This document shows positions 17,105-27,202 of a stretch of 64,000 nt of DNA, one piece after another. A model generated the notes under the pieces. It saw only the letters and a program-made list of their open reading frames with translations, was not told where the DNA came from and made no database searches. This DNA is from a virus: IMG/VR virus record IMGVR_UViG_3300036772_000557, positions 26,449-90,448 of that record; one strand, given 5' to 3'. Both the position numbers and the translations under genes were made by a program. Position 1 is the stretch's first letter, and the number at the start of each line of letters is the position of its first letter.

Positions 17105-20100
17105 TTACCCTACGGCGCGGCGCGGAACCGGCGCGGCGATGGTTGTCCCGACGGTGCGGCGGATCTCAGCAAGGTGCGTATTGCCGGCGCGCGCGTCCTG
17201 CGCGGCCTGGACCTGACCGCCTTGGAGTTGCTTCCGGCCAGCCTGCAGCTCGGTGATGATCGCGGTCAGCTTCGCGATCGTCTCGGCCGAGGTCGCATCG
17301 GGTGCTCCGCCGCCCGCTTGACCGCCGGCCCACGAATAGGTCGGCGACCGCCAATCTGTGGTGCCGAGGGCGAAGGCCCGCCCCTCGGGCGGGGTGAGCG
17401 GGAACGGGATTATCGTTGCGCCGCCCGGCTGGTCGAGGATCTGCGGCCCGTGGACCCCGACCTGCGACCAGGAATTATCGTTCGCGGCGCGGTACCATTC
17501 CGGGCCCTGCTCGCCGACGAGGATCGCGCCAGGTGGCGTGCTCCCTGTGCCTTCGGCAAAGGCCGGCAGCCCTTTTATGAGCGTGTTGTAGGCAGTCTGG
17601 TTGTTGGGTATTTGGCTGAGCGAGGTGGCCTGCGCGTTGGCGATGGCACGGGCTCGCTGGATGATCGTGGCGTATTGCGGCTCAGAGGTCGGGTTCAAGA
17701 GGCCGGAGTTGATCGCCTGGTTGATGAGCGCCCACTCCTGGAGCGTCGGCGTGCCGTTGAGCGCATCTGAGAGGGCCTGGGAGAGCAGCTGGCTCGGGTT
17801 CGCCGCCCGCCCCGCTGCCCACTGCTGGGCCTGCTCGATGACGAGCGCATAGCCCGGCTGCGAGGTCGGCGAGAGGATGCCGGCCTGCACGGCTTGGTTG
17901 ATGACGGTCCAGTCCGCATCGCTCGCGGCGCCGGCGACGGCGTCGGCCAGCGCGCTGCTGAGCGTCGAGGCGCTCGGGTAGAGCGGGAAATTGGGCTGGA
18001 CTGCGGTGATGCCGGACCCGGTGAAACTCTGACCGGTGACCGGGTTTGTCGTCAGGCTGCTCGACGAAGACGCTCCCGATGTCGCCGTTGTCGCCAATGT
18101 CGCCGACGACGCGGCGGCCGCGGGCGCTGTATAGGGCGTGACCGTGGCTCCGGCGTTCTGCCACCAAGCCACATCGGCGGGGGTGAGATCGCCGACGTAA
18201 TCGGGCGCGGTCGGGTTGCTCGCCGAGCTCTGGGTGATGCTGTAGAGCGCGGCGCCCGCGCGCGGCGTCGGGAGCGCTCCCGTGGAGGGCGTCACCGTGG
18301 CGCCAGCGTTCTGCCACCAGGCGAGGTTTTGCGGTGTCAGGTCACCGACGTAGGACGGGCCGGAAGGTTGTGAGATCGAATAGAGCTGGGTCCCGGCCGG
18401 GGTCGCCAGCCCGGTGCCGTTGGATGTTGTGGCCGAGCCGGTCCCGGCAGTCGCGGCTGGGGCAGCGGCCGCGCCGACGGTACCGGTGCCTCCAGTCGTC
18501 CCGCCAGCTGACCCCGCGGCCGCGCCGGTAAGCGCGCTCGTCAGGTTTTGCAGCGCGGAAGTGTTCGCCCGAAGATCGCTCGTGGTGCCCGTCGCGGTCG
18601 CGCTCGCAGCGGTTCCGTTGGCGAGCGCGCTCGCTTGGCCCGTCGGATAGCCGCTCGCGGATACCAGGAACGGTGAGATCGAGGCGAGCACCTGCTCGCG
18701 CACCGAGGCGGTTTGCGGGCCGTTGCCATAAGCCTGCTGGGAGGCTTGCACGGCCGCCTGGCCGGCCGATGAGAGTTCGTTGATGAAGCTCGTGTTGCCG
18801 CCCTGGACGAGCGCGAGCACCGTGTTGAACTGCTCGAGCGCGGCGGTCACCTGATTGGCCGCGGTCAGACCGGACAGCGAACCGCCGGTGATCTCGTTCT
18901 TCAGGCTGGTGAGCTGCTGCGTCGCCTGGTACCAGATTTGCGCGATAGCGTCGGCATTCTCCTGTTGGACGCGCACGAGATTGGCGCCCGTCGCCTCGGC
19001 TATCTGCACACGCTGAATGCCGGCGGCCTGCTCCTTTTGGATGGCGAGCTGCAGCGGGGCGGTGACCGCTTCCTCGAGCTGGCCGACCCAATCCGGCAGC
19101 GGGCCGAGCGGAATCTGAGTGCCGGTCGCTTGCGCTGTCGCTTGCGCCACCTCGGCCGCGCCGAGCTGCTGGGCCTCGGCGACATTTTGGCCAGCGGCAG
19201 GCGCGGCTTGGATCTGTTCAAAGGCGAGCGCCTGGGCCTTCTGCACGGCGAGCACGCCCGCCTCGGTGATGGCCTCGGTCGCCTGCGAGAGGGCATCGGG
19301 AAGGGCGTTGCCGCTCGAGATGAGCGCGTTGATCATGGTCGTAAGCTCGGGGGCGACCGTGCCGAGCGCGGCGAGGAGTGCCTGCAGCTGGTCGGTACCG
19401 AGTCCGGCGATCGCCGGACCGGCTTGCAGCGCGGCGATCCCTTCCGGGCTGCCGTGCGCGACAAGCGCCTGCAGCGCCGCGGGATTGCTGATTTGCTGCA
19501 CGATGGCTTGCACGATCGAGGCCGTGTTGAGCGCGGCGACAGCGCTCGCGTTCTGCCCGGTGGCCCGTTGCACCTCGTTGCGACCCTGAGCTTGCGCGGC
19601 CTGCTGTTGGATCGCGAGGGCGATCGGGTTGACGATCCCCTCGAGCGCCTGGGTGATGGTGTCAGGCAGTTCGGTGCCTGTGATGATGAATTGCTGCGCG
19701 AGCGCGGCCAGGTCGGGCGCAACGTTGGCCGAGGCACCGATGAGCGCGGTCAGTTGCTGCCCGCTGAGGCCCGCCAGGGTTGGCGCGGCCTGCAGCGTCT
19801 CCTGTGCCTTCAGGTTGTTCGGGTAGACGAGCGCGTTGAGCGCGGTCGGATTGCTGAGGTTGCTCAGCACCGCCTGGATCATGTTTGCGGAGTTGAGTTC
19901 CTCGACCTTGACGAGGTCCTGGCCGGTCTGCTGCGCGACCGCGATCCTCTCCTGCCCCGCCGCCTTTTCCTTCTCGATGGCCAGCTGGAGCGGGTCGGTC
20001 AGAGCCTGAATGGCTTGCGTCAGGATATCCGGCAGGGCGTTGCCGCTGTCGATCAGGGCTTGCGCTTGCGCGGCGATTTCCGGCGCGACCTGGCCGAGAT

Positions 20101-23100
20101 CCTTAATGACCATCGTCAGCTGATCGACGCCGAGAGTCGCGAGCGTCGTTCCCGCCTGAAGCGCGGCGATGCCTTTGATCTGTTGGTTCGTCTGATCCGA
20201 CACGCCGAGCGCTGCGGCGTCCGAGGTGTTTTGGAGAAAGGCCTGGTGCACCTTGACCAGCGCGGCGACGAAATCGTTGCCGCCGCTTATCGCGGTTTGG
20301 AACGCCTCATCGAGAGAGGTCGTGAAATCGGTATTGAGGGTCTTGATGACCGCCTTCAAGCCGTTCGCGATCGGCGCGGTATCCACGCCGAATTGCGCCG
20401 CCTGAGAGGTCAGCTGGCTGAAGGTCGCGTTGATCTGAGTAAGGGCTTGGGCAAACGGCCCGACGGCATTCACGTTGCCGTTGAGGCTCGCCGTCAGTTG
20501 CGCCTCGGTGACGTTCAGCTTGTCGTAGACATCGGCGAACTGGACCGCCGCCTGAAGCTGCGACGGATCGTTGATGTTTTTGAGGACCTGCCCCAGCGTC
20601 CCGCTGACATTCGTCAGGCTTTGGATGATCTGAAGCTCGGTTTGCTGCACCGCACCAGCGGCGTTCTGATCGTATCGGCCGCCCGCGATGCCTGACCCGG
20701 TGACCCTGATTCCGGTCCTGTTGTCGGAGCTGACGACGGCAGTCGAAAGATTTGTGCCAATCGGCTGACCTTGCGCGTTGGTCAGCTGGCTCAGGGCGCG
20801 CACGAAGCTACCGATCTGGTCGGCTACCTGCTGAGATTGCTGAATGTTGGCCGCGCTGCCGCCCACCGTGTTCGTTTGGACTTGCCCGGTCGGGCCGATA
20901 ACTGCACCTGCGGATTGGCCAGGGGGGCCGCCGCCAAAAAGGCCGCCTACGCCGCCACCAAAAAGACCGCCTAAAAGGCCGCCTATCAGCGTCCCCACGC
21001 CCGGCACGATCGAGCCGATAAGGGCACCGGCCGCGCCGCCGCCGGCGCTCCCTATATTCCCACCTACGGCGTTCCCGCCGAGCAGCGAATTGAGGAGCGA
21101 TCCGGCCCCAAAGCCGGCGCCCGCGCCGGCCAGGACCGATCCGAGCGTGGCGCTGGTCGATAGGCCGAAGAGGCTGCCCTGCGAGACCGCATTCGCGCTC
21201 CCGCCCAATTCGAAGGGAACGGACGGGCCCGCAACACTGGCCGAGAACGGTGCTCCCGATATTCCTCCGATCGGTCCGGCCGCCGAAGCAAACCCGAGGT
21301 TGGGGCCGAGGTTCGAAAAGAAGCTGCCGACGTTGCCGAACAGGCCGCCTCCTCCTCCACTTCCGCCGCTCAAGAAATCTGGCAGGAAGCCAGGAAGGTT
21401 GCTGTTCAGCTTTTCGATCAGCCCGGCCAACGAGCCGATGTTCTGAAGACTGCCGAGACCGGATGTGGCCGCGGCTGGTGTGGCTGTCGCCGCGGTCGGC
21501 GCGGGCTGACCGGCCTGTGCCGCGCCGGCCGCAGAGGGAGCGGCTTGCGGCGCGATGCTGGCTGCACTCGCGATCGGCGTCTCGGTGCCCGGGATCAGGA
21601 ACACGGTCGGGCCGGCCGCGCCCGCCTCGGCCGTTGCCGCTGCCGCTGTGGGTTGCGCCTCGCCGCTCGCTGCCGCGGCCAACGCGGGGACGCTCGCCGA
21701 GATCGATGCGGCCGGTTGCTGTGCCCCGGTTGGCACAATGGCGGCGCTAAGCAGCGCCTGGAACTGTTGATCGGAAAGCCCGGCGGGGCTGGGTGCCGGG
21801 GCGGTTCCTCCGCTAGAGGCGGCCGGGGCGGTGGCTCCCTGAAGATTGAGGTTGTTGCCGCTGCCGCTCTGAAAGACGTAGCCGCCTTGCGTCGCGTTGA
21901 AGATGCCAGAGCCGCTCGAAAGGCCGCTGGCGGTGACGGTGATCTGTGAGCCCGAGATCCCTCCTGCCGACGCAGCCCCCGGATTGAGGCCGCCAAAGGT
22001 CCCGATTTGTTGTGCGGCCTGCCCAAAACCGAGGGCGCCCGCGAGCGTGCCGGTTACGGGCTTGATGAACGCCAGCTGCGCGATTTGCGAGGCAATATCG
22101 CCGAGCGTTGCCTTGAGGCCAGCCCTGAACTCGTCCCAATAATGCTTGATGTGCTCGCCCGCTTCAACCGGCGTGCGGATCAGCGCGTTGCGGATCGAGT
22201 TCGCGAGCTCGCCGTCGACAACCCCGGCGACCGAGCGGAACGCCTCGTTGAGCCTGGCGGTAGCTTCCTGGGCCTGGGTTAGCGCGGCGTTCTGCTGGAT
22301 GACGGCAGCCGTACTCGCGTAGATCGCGTCGCGCTGGCCTTGCGTCAGTTCCGTATAGCGCTGCTCGATTTCCTGCCGGGCGCGAAGTAGCTCGACCTGC
22401 GTACGGATCGCGTCGCTGCTCTGGCCTTGGATCGACAATTCGAGGGCGAGAACCTGAGACTGATCCCGGTTGCCCTGGAGTTGGTGGCCGGCTTCGATCG
22501 TCTGCTCTGCCGCGGCGCGGCGCCGTTCTTGCGCTTGCGCCGCCGCGTCGATGTCCCGCGCTACCGCTATGTAGGACAGCTTCGTCGACGCCACCGCCCG
22601 GTTTAACGCATCTTGGGTTTGAGCGGCGGCGGCGGCCTCGATTCGCGCCTTTTCCTCGGCGTCTCGGCTCTGTAATGCCGCGGCCGCGAGGCGTTCCTGC
22701 GCGGCGATCGCCGGTTCGGATAAAGCAATCCGCTCACGGCCGGTTTCTGTCGCAGCGACCGCTTGCCGGCTGAGGATATCTTGTTGCGCAGTCGGGATCT
22801 CGGCCGGCGATCCGCCCTTGGCGGCAATCTGCCGGCGGGCTTCGATCAGCGCTTGGTAGCGGTAACCTTCCGCGATGCTCGTCTGGAATGATGCGCCGAT
22901 CTTGATGTTGTCGGCGACTTCCTGTTCGTTCAGCCGGTGCTGCGTCTCTTGCGCGGTAGCCAGTTTTTGCCAGAAGCCGAGCATCCCCTCTTGCACGAAT
23001 CTGTTTTGATCGCCGAGCGGCAATTCCTTCGCTGCCACATCTTGCAGGCGTTGCCGCTCCTGCGCCGCCTCGCGCTCGACTCCTGGAAGCTGAGAGAGGA

Positions 23101-25753
23101 TGGCTATCTGGTCTTTGAGTTTCTGGTTCTGTGTCTCAATTGCGGAGTTTTGCGTCTCGGTCGGCCGGAACGGCGTCGTCGAGGTGCCCAATGCCTGCTC
23201 GGCGAAGGCAAGCCGCTGCGGCACTTCCTTCTCGTAATTGCCGGCGCCCTCGAATTTTTTTGTTAAAATCGAGTTCTGCTCTCCAAGCGTAGAGGCCGAG
23301 AAGAACTCTGGCGCCTTGGTTTGGATCTCCTTTTTTGCGAACTGCAGCTGGGTCCGATAATCCATCGGGTCGAGGCCGTTGAGTTGTGCCCAGGCCTGCA
23401 TCTGGCCCCATCGCTCGCTGTCCCACTGGAACAGGCCTTGGTGGGGGGTCCCCAATCCGGCGCCGGTATTGAACCCAGATTCCTGACGGGCTTGTCCAGC
23501 GAGCGCCGCCGCCTGGCTGGGAGTAAACCCGAGGGAGCCAGTCGCGTAATTGAGGAAGTCAGCCTGTTTGACCTCAGCGCCGCCGGTTAGCGGCCGCGGA
23601 GGTAGTGTGGCGGCCGCGCCCGGCTCTGGGTTCCCAGAGCCCGGACCATATTCAGGAAATAACTCTGCGCGCGCGCCAGCCGCGGAATGCGAGAACGGCG
23701 CCGAGAGTTTCCCTATTGAATCGGCAAGCCCTTGAATCGATGTGATGAATTCCTTCACATCGCCAAGCATGAGTTTTATTTGGGAGCTTATGACTCCCGG
23801 AACGTCACTGTGCGACAGGTCTAGAATAAAATCTTTCCAAGCGTTCTTAACTTCTAGGAGCGCCGCGCCGAGCGGGCTTAAATCTTCTGTGAATGCCGGG
23901 ATAGTTGCCCGCAGCGCGGCATACACCTGGCGGAGGGCTTCTGCCGATTGCGCATGCTGATCGAGATAATGAATGTTGGCGATCTGAGAGGCGCTGAGGG
24001 CGTGCAGCGATTCTGCGAATTTGACAGCTTCGTCGACGCCGCCACCGAAGGCTTTTATCAGGTTCTCGGCAGCAACTGGCGTGCCCGCCGCGCCTTCGCC
24101 GTTATACTCTGCAATATCCCTGGCGAGTCCCGCGAAATCTCCCGTGGATTGACCGGGCCGGACGAAGCCGGAGCGAGAAATCTCCGTTATGGTCTTCTTT
24201 GCGTCCTCGCCTGAGACGCCGGTGTGCTCTAGCTGCTCGGTGAATTTTTCCAGCTCGGCCGCACTGGTCAGGCTGCCGTCGCCCATCACCTTGACAGTCG
24301 CGCCGAATGATCGAAGATTCGCCTCGACCTGAGTCGCTTTATAAGCGGCGTCTGCCAGCACGCCGATCACTGCGGCTACGCCCAGCACGGCCGGATTTAA
24401 GAGAAGTCCCAGTGCGCCGAAGCGTTGTATTTCAATGGTCGCCGAGCCGATCAATCGGGTGAGATCGCCCCGAAAAAGCTCGCGAATTATCACGAACCCT
24501 TCGCGCACCCGGCCGCCGGCTCCAGCGGCATGTTCGCCAGCACTAGCCAATTCCTCGGTAGCCGCCGCGCCGGCATGTAAATCGCCAGCGCCACCTCGAA
24601 TGCCGGTGAACAGGTTCTTCAAGCTAGTCCAATAGGAGTCGGCTCCTTGCCGGGCTTTGTTCCACGCCTCGACGTCGACTTGGTTGATCGGATTGGTGAG
24701 TTCTAGCGGCGCGCGCGCCGCGTTAAAGGCGCCGACATTGATACCCGTCGGGCCTCTCGCGTGTTGTGCCGCCGCATCTTCGATGGACTGAAGGCTTGCG
24801 CGCTGCCCGGCCATCGCCGCGTCATGCGCGGCGGAAGCGACCGCAATAGTCCCGATGCTCTCGGCGCGCGCCTCGGCCCCGGCTATCGTGCCGAGGCTTT
24901 GCCGCTCCTCGTCCGTGACAGCACGGCGCGGCGGAGGAGGGGGTCCCGCTGGAGGGGAAACCGCCGCGGCGACCTGGGGACCCGCCGTTGCGGCTTGCGC
25001 GACAGCATTTCGGGCTTGAGTTGCAGACGCTTCCGTCGCCGCTGCGGCCCGGCTGTTTGCCGCCGCCAACCCTGCGATCTCGGTCGCCAAAAGCTGTTCC
25101 GGGGCTGGCGATGCCGCCGCGATACTCCCCGCCGCTTGCGCTGCCGAAGGTGTGGCCGCGGCCGCGACCGACTCCGAGGCGTGGAGCTTTGCGATATCGG
25201 CGCCGGCCGTCGAATCTGCAGTCTGCGCTTGCCGTACGAACCGGGTGGCCTGTGTTAGCGGACCGCCGGGGTGGATGCTGCTCAGCGCCGCATCGGTTAG
25301 GGGCGCGAGGGCCGCTGCTGTTACCGCGGTGGGCGCGAGCGACCGCTCGAACGGCATAGCGGAGATTCCGCCAGGCTCCGGGACTCTCCCAGCCTGGATA
25401 TTCTGGCGAATCTGAGTAAGCGATCCCAGCGCCGCCTGCGCGTCGAACACGTTGAACGCGCCCTGTTGCATCCGGCGGATGGTCTGCTCGTGCGCGTCCG
25501 CGAGTTCTTTAAGCGCCGCTTGGTATTTGCCGACACCGGCGATTTGCTGATCGAGAGCCGTGGCGCCTGTCGTCTGGCCGGCCCGGGCCATACGAGCACC
25601 AGTTTGGTCGACTGCCTGGCCGAGCCTATCAACAGCCGCGGTGGCCTGCTCTGATGAGCGCTGAACCCGGCCCGTCGCTGTCTCGAACTCTTGCGCACCA
25701 CGAACAGCCGGGGCTGCATCCAGAATCAGCTCGACGATCATCTGATCGGCCAT
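17105..25753 (-). CDS. Tape measure protein (2882 aa) with a phage-tail-lysozyme-like domain
   Basis: Ala/Gly/Gln-rich helical protein after the tail chaperones; lambda-H-like REL.RGD segment; QAAALAGQ..QESGFN...GLFQW..ER lysozyme motif near 23300-23540; glycine-zipper segment; C-terminal FA.GT...G..LVGE.GPE motif. Confidence 0.92.
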   Translation of the reverse strand: MADQMIVELILDAAPAVRGAQEFETATGRVQRSSEQATAAVDRLGQAVDQTGARMARAGQTTGATALDQQIAGVGKYQAALKELADAHEQTIRRMQQGAFNVFDAQAALGSLTQIRQNIQAGRVPEPGGISAMPFERSLAPTAVTAAALAPLTDAALSSIHPGGPLTQATRFVRQAQTADSTAGADIAKLHASESVAAAATPSAAQAAGSIAAASPAPEQLLATEIAGLAAANSRAAAATEASATQARNAVAQAATAGPQVAAAVSPPAGPPPPPRRAVTDEERQSLGTIAGAEARAESIGTIAVASAAHDAAMAGQRASLQSIEDAAAQHARGPTGINVGAFNAARAPLELTNPINQVDVEAWNKARQGADSYWTSLKNLFTGIRGGAGDLHAGAAATEELASAGEHAAGAGGRVREGFVIIRELFRGDLTRLIGSATIEIQRFGALGLLLNPAVLGVAAVIGVLADAAYKATQVEANLRSFGATVKVMGDGSLTSAAELEKFTEQLEHTGVSGEDAKKTITEISRSGFVRPGQSTGDFAGLARDIAEYNGEGAAGTPVAAENLIKAFGGGVDEAVKFAESLHALSASQIANIHYLDQHAQSAEALRQVYAALRATIPAFTEDLSPLGAALLEVKNAWKDFILDLSHSDVPGVISSQIKLMLGDVKEFITSIQGLADSIGKLSAPFSHSAAGARAELFPEYGPGSGNPEPGAAATLPPRPLTGGAEVKQADFLNYATGSLGFTPSQAAALAGQARQESGFNTGAGLGTPHQGLFQWDSERWGQMQAWAQLNGLDPMDYRTQLQFAKKEIQTKAPEFFSASTLGEQNSILTKKFEGAGNYEKEVPQRLAFAEQALGTSTTPFRPTETQNSAIETQNQKLKDQIAILSQLPGVEREAAQERQRLQDVAAKELPLGDQNRFVQEGMLGFWQKLATAQETQHRLNEQEVADNIKIGASFQTSIAEGYRYQALIEARRQIAAKGGSPAEIPTAQQDILSRQAVAATETGRERIALSEPAIAAQERLAAAALQSRDAEEKARIEAAAAAQTQDALNRAVASTKLSYIAVARDIDAAAQAQERRRAAAEQTIEAGHQLQGNRDQSQVLALELSIQGQSSDAIRTQVELLRARQEIEQRYTELTQGQRDAIYASTAAVIQQNAALTQAQEATARLNEAFRSVAGVVDGELANSIRNALIRTPVEAGEHIKHYWDEFRAGLKATLGDIASQIAQLAFIKPVTGTLAGALGFGQAAQQIGTFGGLNPGAASAGGISGSQITVTASGLSSGSGIFNATQGGYVFQSGSGNNLNLQGATAPAASSGGTAPAPSPAGLSDQQFQALLSAAIVPTGAQQPAASISASVPALAAAASGEAQPTAAAATAEAGAAGPTVFLIPGTETPIASAASIAPQAAPSAAGAAQAGQPAPTAATATPAAATSGLGSLQNIGSLAGLIEKLNSNLPGFLPDFLSGGSGGGGGLFGNVGSFFSNLGPNLGFASAAGPIGGISGAPFSASVAGPSVPFELGGSANAVSQGSLFGLSTSATLGSVLAGAGAGFGAGSLLNSLLGGNAVGGNIGSAGGGAAGALIGSIVPGVGTLIGGLLGGLFGGGVGGLFGGGPPGQSAGAVIGPTGQVQTNTVGGSAANIQQSQQVADQIGSFVRALSQLTNAQGQPIGTNLSTAVVSSDNRTGIRVTGSGIAGGRYDQNAAGAVQQTELQIIQSLTNVSGTLGQVLKNINDPSQLQAAVQFADVYDKLNVTEAQLTASLNGNVNAVGPFAQALTQINATFSQLTSQAAQFGVDTAPIANGLKAVIKTLNTDFTTSLDEAFQTAISGGNDFVAALVKVHQAFLQNTSDAAALGVSDQTNQQIKGIAALQAGTTLATLGVDQLTMVIKDLGQVAPEIAAQAQALIDSGNALPDILTQAIQALTDPLQLAIEKEKAAGQERIAVAQQTGQDLVKVEELNSANMIQAVLSNLSNPTALNALVYPNNLKAQETLQAAPTLAGLSGQQLTALIGASANVAPDLAALAQQFIITGTELPDTITQALEGIVNPIALAIQQQAAQAQGRNEVQRATGQNASAVAALNTASIVQAIVQQISNPAALQALVAHGSPEGIAALQAGPAIAGLGTDQLQALLAALGTVAPELTTMINALISSGNALPDALSQATEAITEAGVLAVQKAQALAFEQIQAAPAAGQNVAEAQQLGAAEVAQATAQATGTQIPLGPLPDWVGQLEEAVTAPLQLAIQKEQAAGIQRVQIAEATGANLVRVQQENADAIAQIWYQATQQLTSLKNEITGGSLSGLTAANQVTAALEQFNTVLALVQGGNTSFINELSSAGQAAVQASQQAYGNGPQTASVREQVLASISPFLVSASGYPTGQASALANGTAASATATGTTSDLRANTSALQNLTSALTGAAAGSAGGTTGGTGTVGAAAAPAATAGTGSATTSNGTGLATPAGTQLYSISQPSGPSYVGDLTPQNLAWWQNAGATVTPSTGALPTPRAGAALYSITQSSASNPTAPDYVGDLTPADVAWWQNAGATVTPYTAPAAAASSATLATTATSGASSSSSLTTNPVTGQSFTGSGITAVQPNFPLYPSASTLSSALADAVAGAASDADWTVINQAVQAGILSPTSQPGYALVIEQAQQWAAGRAANPSQLLSQALSDALNGTPTLQEWALINQAINSGLLNPTSEPQYATIIQRARAIANAQATSLSQIPNNQTAYNTLIKGLPAFAEGTGSTPPGAILVGEQGPEWYRAANDNSWSQVGVHGPQILDQPGGATIIPFPLTPPEGRAFALGTTDWRSPTYSWAGGQAGGGAPDATSAETIAKLTAIITELQAGRKQLQGGQVQAAQDARAGNTHLAEIRRTVGTTIAAPVPRRAVG

Positions 25754-25777
25754 GCTGATCTCCGGCGACTGCGGGGT

Positions 25778-26230
25778 TTATCGGTTTGGCGTTTGGGATT
25801 TCGGGTCCGGTTTGTGCAATTCCGAATAGATCGCCAGCCATTCGCCGTCGAGCGCCCGGATAACGCCGAATTCCCATGGTGTGAGCCGGTGCCCCGCCAA
25901 TCCAGCCCAGGCTGCTATTTCGGTCGCGGTCAGGCAGTTCGGGCCCCAGCCGTTGGAGCCGCGCCCGGCCGATGCCTCGGAAAACCACCGGTATAGATAT
26001 TCGCTGCCTTCGGGGAACGCGGGCCCATCTAGATCCGTCCGCATCTTCGCATAATCGGCCTCATCGTTGGGCCGGGTCAGCCGAGGATCGTCCAGTCGCC
26101 TTTCCAGGCGCTCCAGCTCCTTTTCCATTGACACGCGCAGCGCGAGACCGCGCTTATCCGGGATATTGAGCTCGAACTGATGCGAGGCAGCTTTGATCAG
26201 TTCTCTTTGGAGCTGTGGATAAACCCCACG
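25778..26230 (-). CDS. Tail assembly chaperone C-terminal (gpT-like) ORF, probably expressed by -1 frameshift
   Basis: P.....LY.WF.E....R..NG.G...LT..EI.AW..L.G..L.PWE..VIRALD motif; the -1 frame is open from 26230 and overlaps the chaperone 3' end. Confidence 0.75.
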   Translation of the reverse strand, partial: RGVYPQLQRELIKAASHQFELNIPDKRGLALRVSMEKELERLERRLDDPRLTRPNDEADYAKMRTDLDGPAFPEGSEYLYRWFSEASAGRGSNGWGPNCLTATEIAAWAGLAGHRLTPWEFGVIRALDGEWLAIYSELHKPDPKSQTPNR

Positions 26231-26661
26231 TCAGCCGCTAGGAATTGTGCGACTTGGCGGTATAGCCAAAAATAACTCGGCGAGGCGAGCAGCTTTATGG
26301 CGGCCGTGTGCGCGAATTCGAGCGGCGGCTCGTCCTTGACCAGCCGCACCGCCGGTTCCCAGCCGAGCATACGCTTGGCATAGAACTTGGCATTCTCTTC
26401 GCGGTTCTGCTCGGGCGTCTCGTCTTCGGGCTTCCACTTGCGGCCATTGACCTGGGCCGCCTCCTTCGCCTTTCGGTCCCGGATCGCGCGACGAGCGATC
26501 TCGTCGCCGAGCTCGACGCTGATCGGGTGGCCCGGCCCGGCGAAGGTGATTTTCCAGCCCGTCGGCTCGCCGGTGACCGGATGCTCGACCTCCATCACTG
26601 CAGTATCGGCATAGGCCAGCGAGGAAAGATCGAACGCCGCGCCAGCATTAGTCTCGGACAT
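26197..26661 (-). CDS. Tail assembly chaperone (gpG-like)
   Basis: FDLSSL...V.HPVTGEPTG..I...G motif; position between tail tube and tape measure. Confidence 0.8.
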   Translation of the reverse strand: MSETNAGAAFDLSSLAYADTAVMEVEHPVTGEPTGWKITFAGPGHPISVELGDEIARRAIRDRKAKEAAQVNGRKWKPEDETPEQNREENAKFYAKRMLGWEPAVRLVKDEPPLEFAHTAAIKLLASPSYFWLYRQVAQFLAADVGFIHSSKEN

Positions 26662-26710
26662 GGAACCTCGTTTTGTGGTAGACATGCAGAACCTTTGGTA
26701 GGAGGCGGCA

Positions 26711-27187
26711 ATGGCTGATCGGGAGTCTGGAGCCTATTGGATAAGGGACACAGGCGGCGACTGGGTCGTCGCTTATTGGGAAGGTGACCCCAGAGTTGCC
26801 GAGTGGTACGGCTTCGGCGACGATCGGCCGATCGACCCTAAATGGATCGCCGAGATCGGCGATCGTGTCGTTCGCCGCTCAGTAACCGCTGAGGCGACGC
26901 TAGCCGGCCGTCTCGTCGATTACGACCTCACGGCACCGACCAAATATCTGCGCTTCCCAGGCTTCGAGGAATGGCCCGAGCCGCAGCCGATCACCGAGGC
27001 GCAGAAGACCGGCGAGCGGTTCCTGGTGTGGAACGATAGCGAGTACCCTGATACTCGCGGTTGGTTCACTGCATTTTACGACGGCAAAATCGATGGTTGG
27101 CTTACGGGTGCCTTGGGTGGCTATACAGAATTAGATAGAGTTGCTGCCGTTTACCTGCCGCAGCCGACGCCGTACGTGAAACCGTGA
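26711..27187 (+). CDS. Hypothetical protein (C-terminal DUF551-like)
   Basis: GGAGG RBS; QPITEA.K.GE.FLVW...YLP.P pattern; antisense moron. Confidence 0.6.
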   Translation: MADRESGAYWIRDTGGDWVVAYWEGDPRVAEWYGFGDDRPIDPKWIAEIGDRVVRRSVTAEATLAGRLVDYDLTAPTKYLRFPGFEEWPEPQPITEAQKTGERFLVWNDSEYPDTRGWFTAFYDGKIDGWLTGALGGYTELDRVAAVYLPQPTPYVKP

Positions 27188-27202
27188 GGGCGGCCGGAGT
27201 AA

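Noticed and set aside
8520-18410. Diversity-generating retroelement TR/VR pair from the repeated WQ domains
   Set aside because: All copies are in-frame coding, differences are not adenine-specific, and there is no reverse transcriptase in the window.
18938-20695. Long plus-strand ORFs antisense to structural genes (e.g. 585 aa here, 9826..10869, 60279..61205)
   Set aside because: Shadow ORFs expected from high GC3 on the coding strand; Arg-rich and without motifs.
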